A stretch of DNA of 64,000 nucleotides, taken from positions 1 to 64,000 of the IMG/VR virus record IMGVR_UViG_3300034104_003795. The stretch is one strand, 5' to 3'. Shown one piece after another: positions 55,023 through 64,000 of this stretch. Position 1 is the first letter of the stretch, and each line of letters opens with the position of its first letter. The notes beneath the pieces were generated by a model. It was not told the origin of the DNA. It saw nothing but the letters and a program-made list of their open reading frames with translations, and did no database searches. The position numbers were made by a program, and so were the translations under genes.

Positions 55023-55334
55023 TTATTTTATAATCATTAATAATTCTTGTTCTCTGAATAAATAATATTCTTTGTTTTCTAGTTTCACAATTTGTGCAGT
55101 CCCGATTTGTGGCATCATAACCTTATCGCCTACTTTCACACTCATTGGAATTTTAACCCCATCGTTTGTGTATATACCTTCACCAACTGAAACTACAACT
55201 CCAATCTTTGTATCTTCTGCTCTAGCGGTTTCTGGAATGATAATACCACCTGTTGTTTTTGTTTGTACTTCTTCTTTCTCAATAAGTACTCTGTCCGCTA
55301 ACGGCTTTGCTAATTGAAATGTTTCTTTGCTCAT
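55023..55334 (-). CDS. groES: co-chaperonin GroES
   Basis: KPLADRVLI, TTGGIIIPE, VVSVGEG, VKVGDKV, FREQELL. Confidence 0.93.
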   Translation of the reverse strand: MSKETFQLAKPLADRVLIEKEEVQTKTTGGIIIPETARAEDTKIGVVVSVGEGIYTNDGVKIPMSVKVGDKVMMPQIGTAQIVKLENKEYYLFREQELLMIIK

Positions 55335-55345
55335 TATTGTTTTTG

Positions 55346-55939
55346 TTAAATTTTTACATTAAAGTTTATAATACATCGAGTATCCTTTGAAGGTCCAGAG
55401 CTTGAATGGTATCTATTTCCATTGAATAACACTACTCTACCTTTTTTTGGACTTACTCTTTTTAGTATTTCAGGCTTTGCATCTTTTGAAATCGGTCCAT
55501 CATTTTTTGTTCTATTGAATATAAACGTATCCCCATCGGTATCGTTTACATAATATAAACAAACAAGATGTTCGTAACCAATATCAATATGCGGATTGTC
55601 ATATTCCTTTCGTAATTCACTTGCCAATGGAAAATGCATAAAACTTCTTGCGTTATAAATTTCTTTACATTCTTTTCCAATTTTTTTACAAGCTTCATTT
55701 GGTATAATTTTCACTTCATTTAATAATGAATCATTTACAAAACGCGGATTATCCTGTTTGATGTAACATGCTATACCAGGTGTTAATTGTTTAATACCCA
55801 ATCTTTTTATTTCAGATAAAGGTAAAGCGATATCTTTAAAAAATATCCATGACAATCTTGTAGAACTAAAAAGTTCTTCTAATTTGTCTTGGGTAGATTT
55901 TGGTAAAAAATCGTCAATCACAATTATATCGTCAATCAT
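55346..55939 (-). CDS. 2OG-Fe(II) oxygenase-family protein
   Basis: PHID..LYYVNDTDGDT..PKKGRVVLFNGNRYHSS..RCIINFN. Confidence 0.82.
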   Translation of the reverse strand: MIDDIIVIDDFLPKSTQDKLEELFSSTRLSWIFFKDIALPLSEIKRLGIKQLTPGIACYIKQDNPRFVNDSLLNEVKIIPNEACKKIGKECKEIYNARSFMHFPLASELRKEYDNPHIDIGYEHLVCLYYVNDTDGDTFIFNRTKNDGPISKDAKPEILKRVSPKKGRVVLFNGNRYHSSSGPSKDTRCIINFNVKI

Positions 55940-57788
55940 TATGCTTTTGGTTTTGTTGTTTTCTTTTTTGTTTTTACAAATGGTGCATCGGTTTTAATTC
56001 CGTCCATTTGTTTAGGGTTTTTCTTTTTAGGTTGGATTTTATTAACAATTGAAACTCTGTCCTTATCAGCCGATTCTACTAATACATCTTTTGCTAATTG
56101 GTCAATAACAGGACCTAATTCTGATTCAATCATTTGTTTAGTTTGTGCATCCAATCTATCGGAAATATCTTGCTTAGCAATTTCAGCCATTTTCTTTTTA
56201 CCTTCGTCCGATACTCTACTCATTGGAACCTGTGCCAATGGGTCACTATCCCCATAACTGCCACCAATTGTAGTTAGTTTTGCCGTAGTTACCGGTATTG
56301 ATGGGTCTGGTGCTGGAAATTCTCCCTTCCTTAATTCCTCTTTAAGTTTTTCCTCGTCAATAATATTGTTATTAACTAAAAATTGGCGAACTTCATCATT
56401 AGGATTCGTTGGTATAATACCTGCTAACTTTTGAAGTGCATCCTTATCAAATCCATCTTCGTTTTTTGTTGGTTTGTTTTTCTTTTGTTGTACATCGTAA
56501 ACTAGCTTACCAACGAATGCTAATACTACGAATAGGAAAATCCATGCTAACATATTGTTTTATTTTAAAATTGATTGTAAAAGTATCCAGAACATTCTAA
56601 ATCCAAAATATAGAATATAAAATCCTAACCCTATTACAGCTAGGTATCCGAATGTTTCTAATGCTTTTGTTAATTTTTCTTTCATAATTTATTATTTTAT
56701 TATCCATTCACTCTTTTAATAGTACAATCCTCATATCTACAGTCATAGTACTCTTCTTGATTATCAGGATTAATAACCAATAATCTTGCTCCAATCATTT
56801 TGATAATTGCCGGCTGATATGTAACCGGTGATAAAACTCTTTCACCTACATATTCTCTAATATGAATCTTAGCATTATCATATCGTACTATTTCAATGTG
56901 TTTATTACTCATTTGTGTTTCTTTTAATCCTTTGTCCCAAACTTCTCTTTGAGCTAAACTCATTATTTTCTTTTTTTCTTTGGTGTTTCAATAGTTGCAG
57001 ATGCTTCGCGTGGTTTCCAATATTCATCAAAACTTTTTTTAGCTTCACCCCTATCAACCATGTCATAATACATTTTTAAAGCGTAATTACGGCAAATAGT
57101 TCGAACCCATCCGTTATTCCAAATTCCAACTTCAACTTCTGAACCGCTTTCCTCACATACTCCATATGATTTTTGTTCGGCGTTTCTAATCAATGCCCAA
57201 TTTTTATCGGATGTACCTGTCACATAGAAACGTAACCCACCGAATTTTTCTTTGCATTGTGTAACCTTTGTAATCCAGTCACCTTTTTTTAAGTCATTAA
57301 CTTTGATACCATCCACTAATTCGTAAATAATTTTAAACCAACCATTACCAACTTCAAACTCATATCTATACGGATTTGTTTGTTGGATGTAATCAATTTT
57401 ACGAGTCCACTTTATATTTTTATGGATATACGCTAACGCTTTATTGTATGTTTTTTCAAACATATTGTGCTCATATCCTCTAACTGTGAATGTAAACATT
57501 TCTGGATACAATTCAACAATCTTCATACTATTTTCCTTTGTCATCTTTTACTTTTTTCTTTTTACCTTTCAATTGTTTTTCGGCAATAGTTAATTCATCG
57601 GTTTCATCCGGTGATACAATCGTATCATTCTTTACTATTGCGGTTTTCAATGTTCCCTTCCATTCTTGTTTAGGAATAAATTTCCAAACGCCACTCCTTA
57701 CTTTTTCTTCTGCGTCCTGGTCATCGGTTCTACGAATTTCATCCAAATCGTAGCTCTTTGTTTGTTTAATACATTTAATACACTTCAT
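55939..57788 (-). CDS. hypothetical CDSs (55939-56553 N-terminal TM; 56700-56963; 56963-57544; 57528-57788)
   Basis: Packed ORFs; 56963 has KEKFGGLRFY..CEESG motif. Confidence 0.55.
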
Positions 57789-57829
57789 TGGTTTAAGCCT
57801 CCATGCTTATTTTTGTTTGTTAATTTATA

Positions 57830-57866
57830 CAAATATACAAAAAAGTCTTGGAATTACCAAGACTTT
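57830..57866 (-). promoter_or_regulatory. host-type promoter whose -33 box overlaps a terminator stem
   Basis: CTTGG-N19-TATATTTG; AAAGTCTTGG-AATTA-CCAAGACTTT. Confidence 0.7.
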
Positions 57867-57880
57867 ATGTAATTATTTTA

Positions 57881-58807
57881 TTATTGAATGCTTTTAAACA
57901 ACTGCGGTACAGTACCATATACTGGCAATTTACCATCCCACTTTTGTACATATTCTAATTGAATAAGTAATGGTGTCAATGTTTGTTGCTTCATTCTATT
58001 TGCTTCAGCTTCAGCTTTTGCCGATGTAAGTAATGCTTGTGCGTTACCTTCCGCAGTTGCTACTTTAATCTTTGCTTCAGCTTCGGCAGTTTTTACTTTA
58101 TTTTCAGCCATCAATGCCGCCTGAACTGCGTTATTCTTAGCCTCAATTGCCGTTTTGAATGTTTCAGGATATACTAAATTTGATGTAAACTGATTAACAA
58201 TAAATCCTTCTGCTAATAGTTGCCCTTCTAATATCTTACGAACCTCAACTTCATATGCTTGTCTATTACCAATTAATTCATCAGCTGTATATTTGTTGGT
58301 TGCCAATCTGAATGCGTCAAATACGGATGTTTTCAAAAACCCTTCTTCTATTTGGTCCAAACTTCTACGATATTTAGCGAAGATTGATGGAACTTTCTCT
58401 CTCTTTACTGAATAGTTAATGATTGGTGAAACGTGAAACTCACTACCATCTTTACTATTTACTACAAATGAATTTTCACCTGTATATTCTTTGTGTTGAA
58501 TGAATGTAGGGAACTCATAGATTGAATGTGTAATTGGATTATAGAATACCATACCAGTTACTTCAGTCACATCACTTACACCTTTGTTATCACCATAAAG
58601 GTTTACTTTAACACCCACGTGTCCTGCATCAATTCTTTCGCAAGACTTAAATAAAAATACCATTAGAAATAATCCAACGATACTACCACCGATAATCTTT
58701 GTCATCTTTTTAATTTTTAATTGTTGTTCTAATTTATATTGTTGTAATTGTTCTTCACGCTCTTTTTGTTGGCGAGCATACCTTTCTTCAAACGATTCGA
58801 ATGCCAT
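57881..58807 (-). CDS. SPFH/prohibitin (band 7) membrane protein
   Basis: RIDAGHVGVKV..FRLATNKYTADEL..AIEAKNNAVQ..TPLLIQLEYVQKWDGKLP. Confidence 0.88.
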   Translation of the reverse strand: MAFESFEERYARQQKEREEQLQQYKLEQQLKIKKMTKIIGGSIVGLFLMVFLFKSCERIDAGHVGVKVNLYGDNKGVSDVTEVTGMVFYNPITHSIYEFPTFIQHKEYTGENSFVVNSKDGSEFHVSPIINYSVKREKVPSIFAKYRRSLDQIEEGFLKTSVFDAFRLATNKYTADELIGNRQAYEVEVRKILEGQLLAEGFIVNQFTSNLVYPETFKTAIEAKNNAVQAALMAENKVKTAEAEAKIKVATAEGNAQALLTSAKAEAEANRMKQQTLTPLLIQLEYVQKWDGKLPVYGTVPQLFKSIQ

Positions 58808-58808
58808 A

Positions 58809-59772
58809 TTACTTTGTTTTTTTAGTGTACTTACGTTTTGGTTTACTTTGCTCATCTAATATTTTTTGAGCTTCCTTCAATTCCTCTTTATCAACTATAC
58901 CACCTTTATCCGATGTTATATAGCTGTAAAGTGCTAATCCACCCCATACAATCAATAACAAAAATCCAATACCTGCTAATATGTTTGATACGGTATCGGC
59001 CTTTGTAAGACCAGGATAAATTACGAATTCTAAAATCAAAAATATCGTAATGATATTAAAGATTTGCGTTTTGTACTTTTTTAAAAAATCTATCATTTTA
59101 TTTTATGTTTTATTTTACAAATATACGAAATTATTTTGAATATACCAAATTTATTTAAGAATCTTATTAACTAACTTATTCCACTCTTGCACTTCAATCT
59201 TATCGGCGTTATACATTTCAAACTCAAATTCATCAACGTTGGCCGGTACTACTAATATGTGATAATCATCTTTAATATCGTCTTTAAACATACTATCCCT
59301 AACTTGTCTAATTTCGGTACTGCTCATAGCTTGTGGTACTCTAATTACAAATATAGGTTTTGCTTTTGTAGAAAACATCATTGGTTGCTGATTTAATTGA
59401 GCTACCATTTGTTGTGCTATTTGTGTTGGATTCATATTAAGGTATTAAATGTCTTACTAATATTGTTAATGAAATCACTATCCATATCGTATTGAATGCA
59501 ATCAATGTAGGTAAATCCTTTCTCATTGATGCCCAAATTAACAAAGAGGATGTAATCAATGTTAAGAAATGAAATTGCCAAATCTCAATGCCAAATATTA
59601 AACCTGGAATGATAATGATTGCTTTGGCAAACCATGCAAAGAATTCAATCACATTATAATCTGTCCAATAATTTTTGTCCAAGAACATTTTATAACGTTT
59701 GAATATTTTTTTAATTCCAATTCCTAAATACAAAGCGAATAGGAATACAATATATGTGATTATGTATTTCAT
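58809..59772 (-). CDS. three CDSs (58809-59096 two-TM; 59151-59435; 59437-59772 multi-TM)
   Basis: Hydrophobic segments; promoter at 59118-59149. Confidence 0.55.
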
Positions 59773-60350
59773 TACTTTAAATCTTTTTTAACATCTTCTT
59801 TTACTTTTTCCAAATAAACTAATCTGTCATTGTGAGAAACAAATGGCACACTCCAAAATTGTCTTGTCTTTGTTTTGAACCAACCGAACACAAATGAATA
59901 TACACCCATCACCAATCTTAATTTTACCGAATTCAAATAAAGTGTCATAACAGGTAAAGCAGGTGCACCATGTGTTAAATAAGTTCTTACTTTTTTGTCA
60001 CTTAACAAAGGAGTTGGATATCCATACACCTTTGTAACAGGCGTAAACTTATATGCAAATCCAGGTGTAAAGATTTGGTCAAAGAATGATTCCATAGCCG
60101 GCGAACATCTAAACCAATATACCGGTGATACGAAGTAAATCTTATCAGCCCAAGTAATTAATTGTTTGTATTCACTAACTTTATCTTTATGGAATTCAAA
60201 CGTTTTGTTTTCTGCATACAAATCAATTACAAATACTTCTTGCTTATTTTTCTCAAGAGTTTCTTTGATTGTCTTTGCAATACCATTGGTGCAAAAACTT
60301 TCTTTGTTTGGATGCCCAATTACTATTAAATTTTTCATAACTTTATCCAT
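59772..60350 (-). CDS. flavodoxin-fold NAD(P)H:quinone oxidoreductase
   Basis: IGHPNKESF..WADKIYFVSPVYWFRCSP..FDQIFTPGFAY. Confidence 0.85.
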   Translation of the reverse strand: MDKVMKNLIVIGHPNKESFCTNGIAKTIKETLEKNKQEVFVIDLYAENKTFEFHKDKVSEYKQLITWADKIYFVSPVYWFRCSPAMESFFDQIFTPGFAYKFTPVTKVYGYPTPLLSDKKVRTYLTHGAPALPVMTLYLNSVKLRLVMGVYSFVFGWFKTKTRQFWSVPFVSHNDRLVYLEKVKEDVKKDLK

Positions 60351-60745
60351 TTGTTATTGGATTCTAATCTTGTTGCACCTATAAATTTCATATTCCATTC
60401 ATCAGGTGCTATTAATGAAAGGAATGGACTACCATCATTTTTTTCGTATAGATAATATGTTTCACCTATTACAGGTATAAAGTTGTAAGTTACTGAATAT
60501 ACAAATTCATTCCAACTAACTTCATCCACTAATTTTTTGAATTCATCTTTTATTTCCTCATACTTTTTAGTGAATATCTTATTAGCGTTTTGAGCTTGTA
60601 TTTGTTTCCAACCACCAACATCTTCTAATTTAATAGCAGGTGCTCCATTGTTACTACCATAGACTAATTCTCTTGGATAGTAACCGCGTTCCTCATCCCA
60701 TACAACTAAATCGGGTTTCTTTTTACTCATAACTTGCTCTATCAA
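60335..60745 (-). CDS. DUF2452-like protein
   Basis: YNFIPVIGETYYLYEK..FLSLIAPDEW. Confidence 0.7.
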   Translation of the reverse strand: MIEQVMSKKKPDLVVWDEERGYYPRELVYGSNNGAPAIKLEDVGGWKQIQAQNANKIFTKKYEEIKDEFKKLVDEVSWNEFVYSVTYNFIPVIGETYYLYEKNDGSPFLSLIAPDEWNMKFIGATRLESNNKWIKL

Positions 60746-61835
60746 TATTAATTACAAAAGGAAAACGAGGAATACCATCCGGTGTTAAATTGAAATACTT
60801 AATCGTTGCTTGTTTACCTATTAGTTTCTTTTTACTCTTTAACATTTCAGCAGTTTCTTCCCATGTCCCCTTTACATTTGATTTGAAAGGTTTACCATCT
60901 GCGGTTTCAAATACCATATAACCGGCAGTTCCAGTTCTATTACCCTCACCCTCACAAATATCTTTAATGATATATTCTTCGTCCACAAATGATTTATGTT
61001 TCAATAAAGATTTGCTTCTCTTATTCTCATACTTACTATCCAATCGTAACATCTGGCCTTCGAATCCTTTATCTACATACTCACCATACAATTCCATAAC
61101 TTCATCTTCGCTATTACACGTATCGGTTTCAACTAATACACAATGTTTTTCAAACGAATCAAGTTCAACATCAAATAACTGGTCCAATGCATAACAACGT
61201 TCACCAAAGTTTGAACTATTACTTGGTATATCATAAATCCAATACTGAATATTCTTTTTACTTTCAAGCAAATCAGCATCGGTTGGTTTTGTTTTCTTAA
61301 CCAACGATACAATTGCATTGAAATCGTTAGCGAACTTATCAGCATATAACTCACCATCCAATATCAATGTAGGGTGCGTTTCAAATACACTATTCAAACT
61401 CTCTCTAATGTGTGGTGCTGAAATGATTGGTTTACCATTTCTACTAAACATACCATCCTTTGTAACTATACAACGAATACCATCTAGCTTTGGCTGTGAG
61501 AATATTGGATATGTAACCTTATCTTTATAATCATCCCACTTAGCCGCTAACATTGGTTCAAAGTATTGAGTCTTATTGATGTGTTTGATATTCTCAAAGT
61601 AACCACTCTCTAATTTCTTTGTACGTTTAGCTTCAGCTTCTTTAAGAGCTTGTTCATTATCGGTAGTACCATTTGCTTTACCTACATTCTTACCATACAC
61701 TACTGTCCATTCGTTTGTAGTGATTGCCCCACCAACTTGTCCACTATGGGTTCGGTATTTGTTACTCACTACTTCAATTGTCCACTCTTGAGTAGCGCCT
61801 GTCTTTGTTTTTTTGTAAATTGTTTCTAACTTCAT
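60723..61835 (-). CDS. ATP-dependent DNA ligase with N-terminal WGR-like extension
   Basis: EPMLA, SQPKLDGIRC, ILDGELY, FEGQMLR, RSKSLLKHK, YFNLTPDGIPRFP. Confidence 0.93.
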   Translation of the reverse strand: MKLETIYKKTKTGATQEWTIEVVSNKYRTHSGQVGGAITTNEWTVVYGKNVGKANGTTDNEQALKEAEAKRTKKLESGYFENIKHINKTQYFEPMLAAKWDDYKDKVTYPIFSQPKLDGIRCIVTKDGMFSRNGKPIISAPHIRESLNSVFETHPTLILDGELYADKFANDFNAIVSLVKKTKPTDADLLESKKNIQYWIYDIPSNSSNFGERCYALDQLFDVELDSFEKHCVLVETDTCNSEDEVMELYGEYVDKGFEGQMLRLDSKYENKRSKSLLKHKSFVDEEYIIKDICEGEGNRTGTAGYMVFETADGKPFKSNVKGTWEETAEMLKSKKKLIGKQATIKYFNLTPDGIPRFPFVINIDRASYE

Positions 61836-61846
61836 ATCTTATTTTT

Positions 61847-62547
61847 TTACATTTTTTGATTAATAATTTCAGCCAAACTTTTTAATACTTTAAAAAATAA
61901 TTCAGGTGTTTTGAGTGCACCATTATTAACTTCTACCTTACCATTATGCCCTTCATTGGTCATAGCCGTTATTTTATATGTTGGTACTATTTCAGTATCA
62001 TATTCAATGCTAAATACAACATGCGGCGGAACAAGATAGTTTGTACCTTTGTTTTCAAATTTAGCTAATACAACTGCTCCCCAATTACCGTTTGATGAAC
62101 CTACTTTATCCAAAGTATTTACACTCTCAACTTTATATACAGCTTCATTTGCATGGGCTATTGGAAAATTAAACTCACTTCCTTTTATTTTTTCTATACC
62201 TACTATCATAATAATTTATTTATTAGGGTTACTACATAAGTTTTAAAGTAATCCTTTTTTCTAAAATGAACTTTACTAACATAATCTTCTATTAATGCCG
62301 GCGTAGATTCACCTTTTTTATAAACACAAACCTTATTCATTTTGTTTATATTATCCGCGAATATACCTACTGAATATTTCACATTTGAAACAGGAGCAAC
62401 TACTCTTTTTATATCAAAGTATTCAATCAGTTCCGGCTCACTACTTGTACGAATAATATTATTAGGGGCTATCACAAACACATCACCATTCTTAGCAAAG
62501 AGTTCGGAACGATATAATTTTTCAAAATTTTCTATTTTCTTAACCAT
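61847..62547 (-). CDS. two ~115-aa hypothetical CDSs (61847-62209; 62206-62547), possible distant MLTIxN relatives
   Basis: MIVGIEKI; MVKKIENFEKL. Confidence 0.5.
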
Positions 62548-62548
62548 G

Positions 62549-62812
62549 CTAATTATGTTTCATACCTTTACAAACACCATATCCCTGCCTTTGTGATAAC
62601 TTATACAATCTATTTGCATCTTCCATCGGCATTATCTGAATTTCATTACCAGTTTTGTGGTTAGCTATTGCTACCCCACCAACTCTTTGTGTTGTACTAC
62701 AATTCACACAACTTCTATAACCATACTTTGTGAATCGTAAAAGTGGCATATCATTACCACATTTAACACAACTAGTCATTTCTAATTTGTTTACATTTAC
62801 TTTCATATTCAT
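62549..62812 (-). CDS. TraR/DksA-type C4 zinc-finger protein
   Basis: CVKCGNDMPLLRF...SCVNCS. Confidence 0.6.
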   Translation of the reverse strand: MNMKVNVNKLEMTSCVKCGNDMPLLRFTKYGYRSCVNCSTTQRVGGVAIANHKTGNEIQIMPMEDANRLYKLSQRQGYGVCKGMKHN

Positions 62813-62824
62813 ATCTTATAATTT

Positions 62825-63295
62825 TTATACCATTGGAAAACCAGCAGCTGAATTTGTTGTTGAGTTTTTCCAAGATGGATTAGCTGCAAGAGCATCAATT
62901 GATGAACCCATAGGGGCTTTTATTGTTGGGGCCCAACCTTTTGAATGGGTACTAAAATGTTTACTGAATTGTGATGCTAAACCTCTACCTCTAATTTGTT
63001 GTGTAGGTTGTCCGATACTATCCCAAGCACTTTCCCACTTAACAGGTAAGATACCATCCCTAACAGTAATTTCACAAATCGCTGTAGGTTTGAAATTAAC
63101 AATATCTTTTCTATCTACTTTACGGAAAATGTTTTGGCGATTTTCTCTATCAACTTCTATAAAAGTAATTGAACGAGCTTTTACACTACATACTTTTAAT
63201 TCTTTTGTTCCGGTTTTACCATTAAGGGAAACGTGAACTTTACATACCAATCCCTTAATAAAGGAATCCGGCAACTGAATAGGTAATTGTTTCAT
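62825..63295 (-). CDS. hypothetical protein, first gene after promoter 63319-63350
   Basis: ORF directly downstream of TTTGG-N19-TATCTTTA. Confidence 0.55.
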   Translation of the reverse strand: MKQLPIQLPDSFIKGLVCKVHVSLNGKTGTKELKVCSVKARSITFIEVDRENRQNIFRKVDRKDIVNFKPTAICEITVRDGILPVKWESAWDSIGQPTQQIRGRGLASQFSKHFSTHSKGWAPTIKAPMGSSIDALAANPSWKNSTTNSAAGFPMV

Positions 63296-63482
63296 ATCTT
63301 TAAATTTTTAATACAACGTAAAGATACGAAAAAAGCCTGAAACGGCCAAATTTATTTTGAAGTTTTTTTGGGGAATTAGGGTAATTTAAGGTGATAAAAC
63401 GTACAGAAACACCCCAAATTTCCCCTAAAATACACAAGTAAGGTGAATATACCACCCACCATATTAGGCCAGTTTATATGTA

Positions 63483-63532
63483 TAACTCATTGAGAACCAA
63501 TAAGTTATAAGTCATTGATTATCAATCAGTTA
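63483..63532. repeat. two tandem 25-bp dyads
   Basis: TAACTCATTGAGAACCAATAAGTTA and TAAGTCATTGATTATCAATCAGTTA. Confidence 0.7.
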
Positions 63533-63893
63533 TGATGGCATGTATTTTTTGATTCAGGTCTATAAATTTATTAGTTATATCCTGACAAATACCATTGTTA
63601 TAATTTTCGGAATTTTGAATAGGAATTATTTTTGATAAAAATCCAGAAGGTCTCAAATAATCAACTTTATCACGTATTCTAAAATTTTCCTGATACATAG
63701 TTTGTCCGTTTACTTCTTTATTATAATCGGAAACTCTACCTTGATTATGCGTTCTTACAAAACACAAAATCTTTTTTATTGAATTATGTCCCAATCCTAA
63801 ATAATCTAAACTTCCCAAAAATTCAAGATCATCAACAAAAAAAGATGTTAGATTTATTTTATCTTTAACTCTTTTTACCGAAGAAGTTCTCAT
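63522..63893 (-). CDS. hypothetical protein
   Basis: ORF on the main strand. Confidence 0.45.
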   Translation of the reverse strand: MRTSSVKRVKDKINLTSFFVDDLEFLGSLDYLGLGHNSIKKILCFVRTHNQGRVSDYNKEVNGQTMYQENFRIRDKVDYLRPSGFLSKIIPIQNSENYNNGICQDITNKFIDLNQKIHAIITD

Positions 63894-64000
63894 TGAATAT
63901 GAATGATAAATTGATAATTGATTTGCTTTTGCCGCATGAATTATTGAAGTATAATGTTGCGGGGTTTCAAAGTAATTATCTATAAATTGCCACGGATTTG

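Noticed and set aside
1134-62596. Many plus-strand ORFs in the track (e.g. 1134-1373, 3015-3302, 23727-24050, 24384-24707, 27267-27539)
   Set aside because: Antisense shadows of strong minus-strand genes; no start context or recognisable motifs.
1-64000. tRNA/rRNA genes and stop-codon reassignment
   Set aside because: No T-arm/cloverleaf or rRNA motifs seen in intergenic DNA. Known genes translate full-length in the standard code.

Overview
AT-rich, gene-dense segment of a large (jumbo-type) tailed phage of a Bacteroidota host. No capsid, terminase, rRNA, tRNA or CRISPR array is visible. Viral hallmarks: gp55-like sigma factor, PhoH, Hsp20, lone GroES, ThyA, UvsE, ATP-dependent ligase, SF2 helicase and GIY-YIG nuclease. 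The host is inferred from about 19 promoters matching the Bacteroidota TTTG-N19-TAnnTTTG consensus, and from Bacteroidota-type lipoproteins and two TonB-dependent receptors. Almost all genes are on the minus strand, except an inverted island at about 28.5-33.9 kb. Main candidates for an undescribed system: (1) two tandem arrays (37.3-40.9 and 50.2-53.7 kb) of about 19 hypervariable ~100-aa paralogues with a shared MLTIxN start, a shared W/YxF/LxR/YxL scaffold and near-identical first 12-17 nt; (2) a phage-encoded envelope/export module (3-12 kb: two CsgG-like proteins, a DUF2589 pair, T9SS-CTD-like lipoproteins, cohesin/dockerin/lectin proteins). There is also a rich non-coding layer: 25-bp IHF-like dyads, DnaA boxes, an AUG-sequestering hairpin and an AACCCCTT leader motif. 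All family calls come from motif recognition by eye, not database searches.
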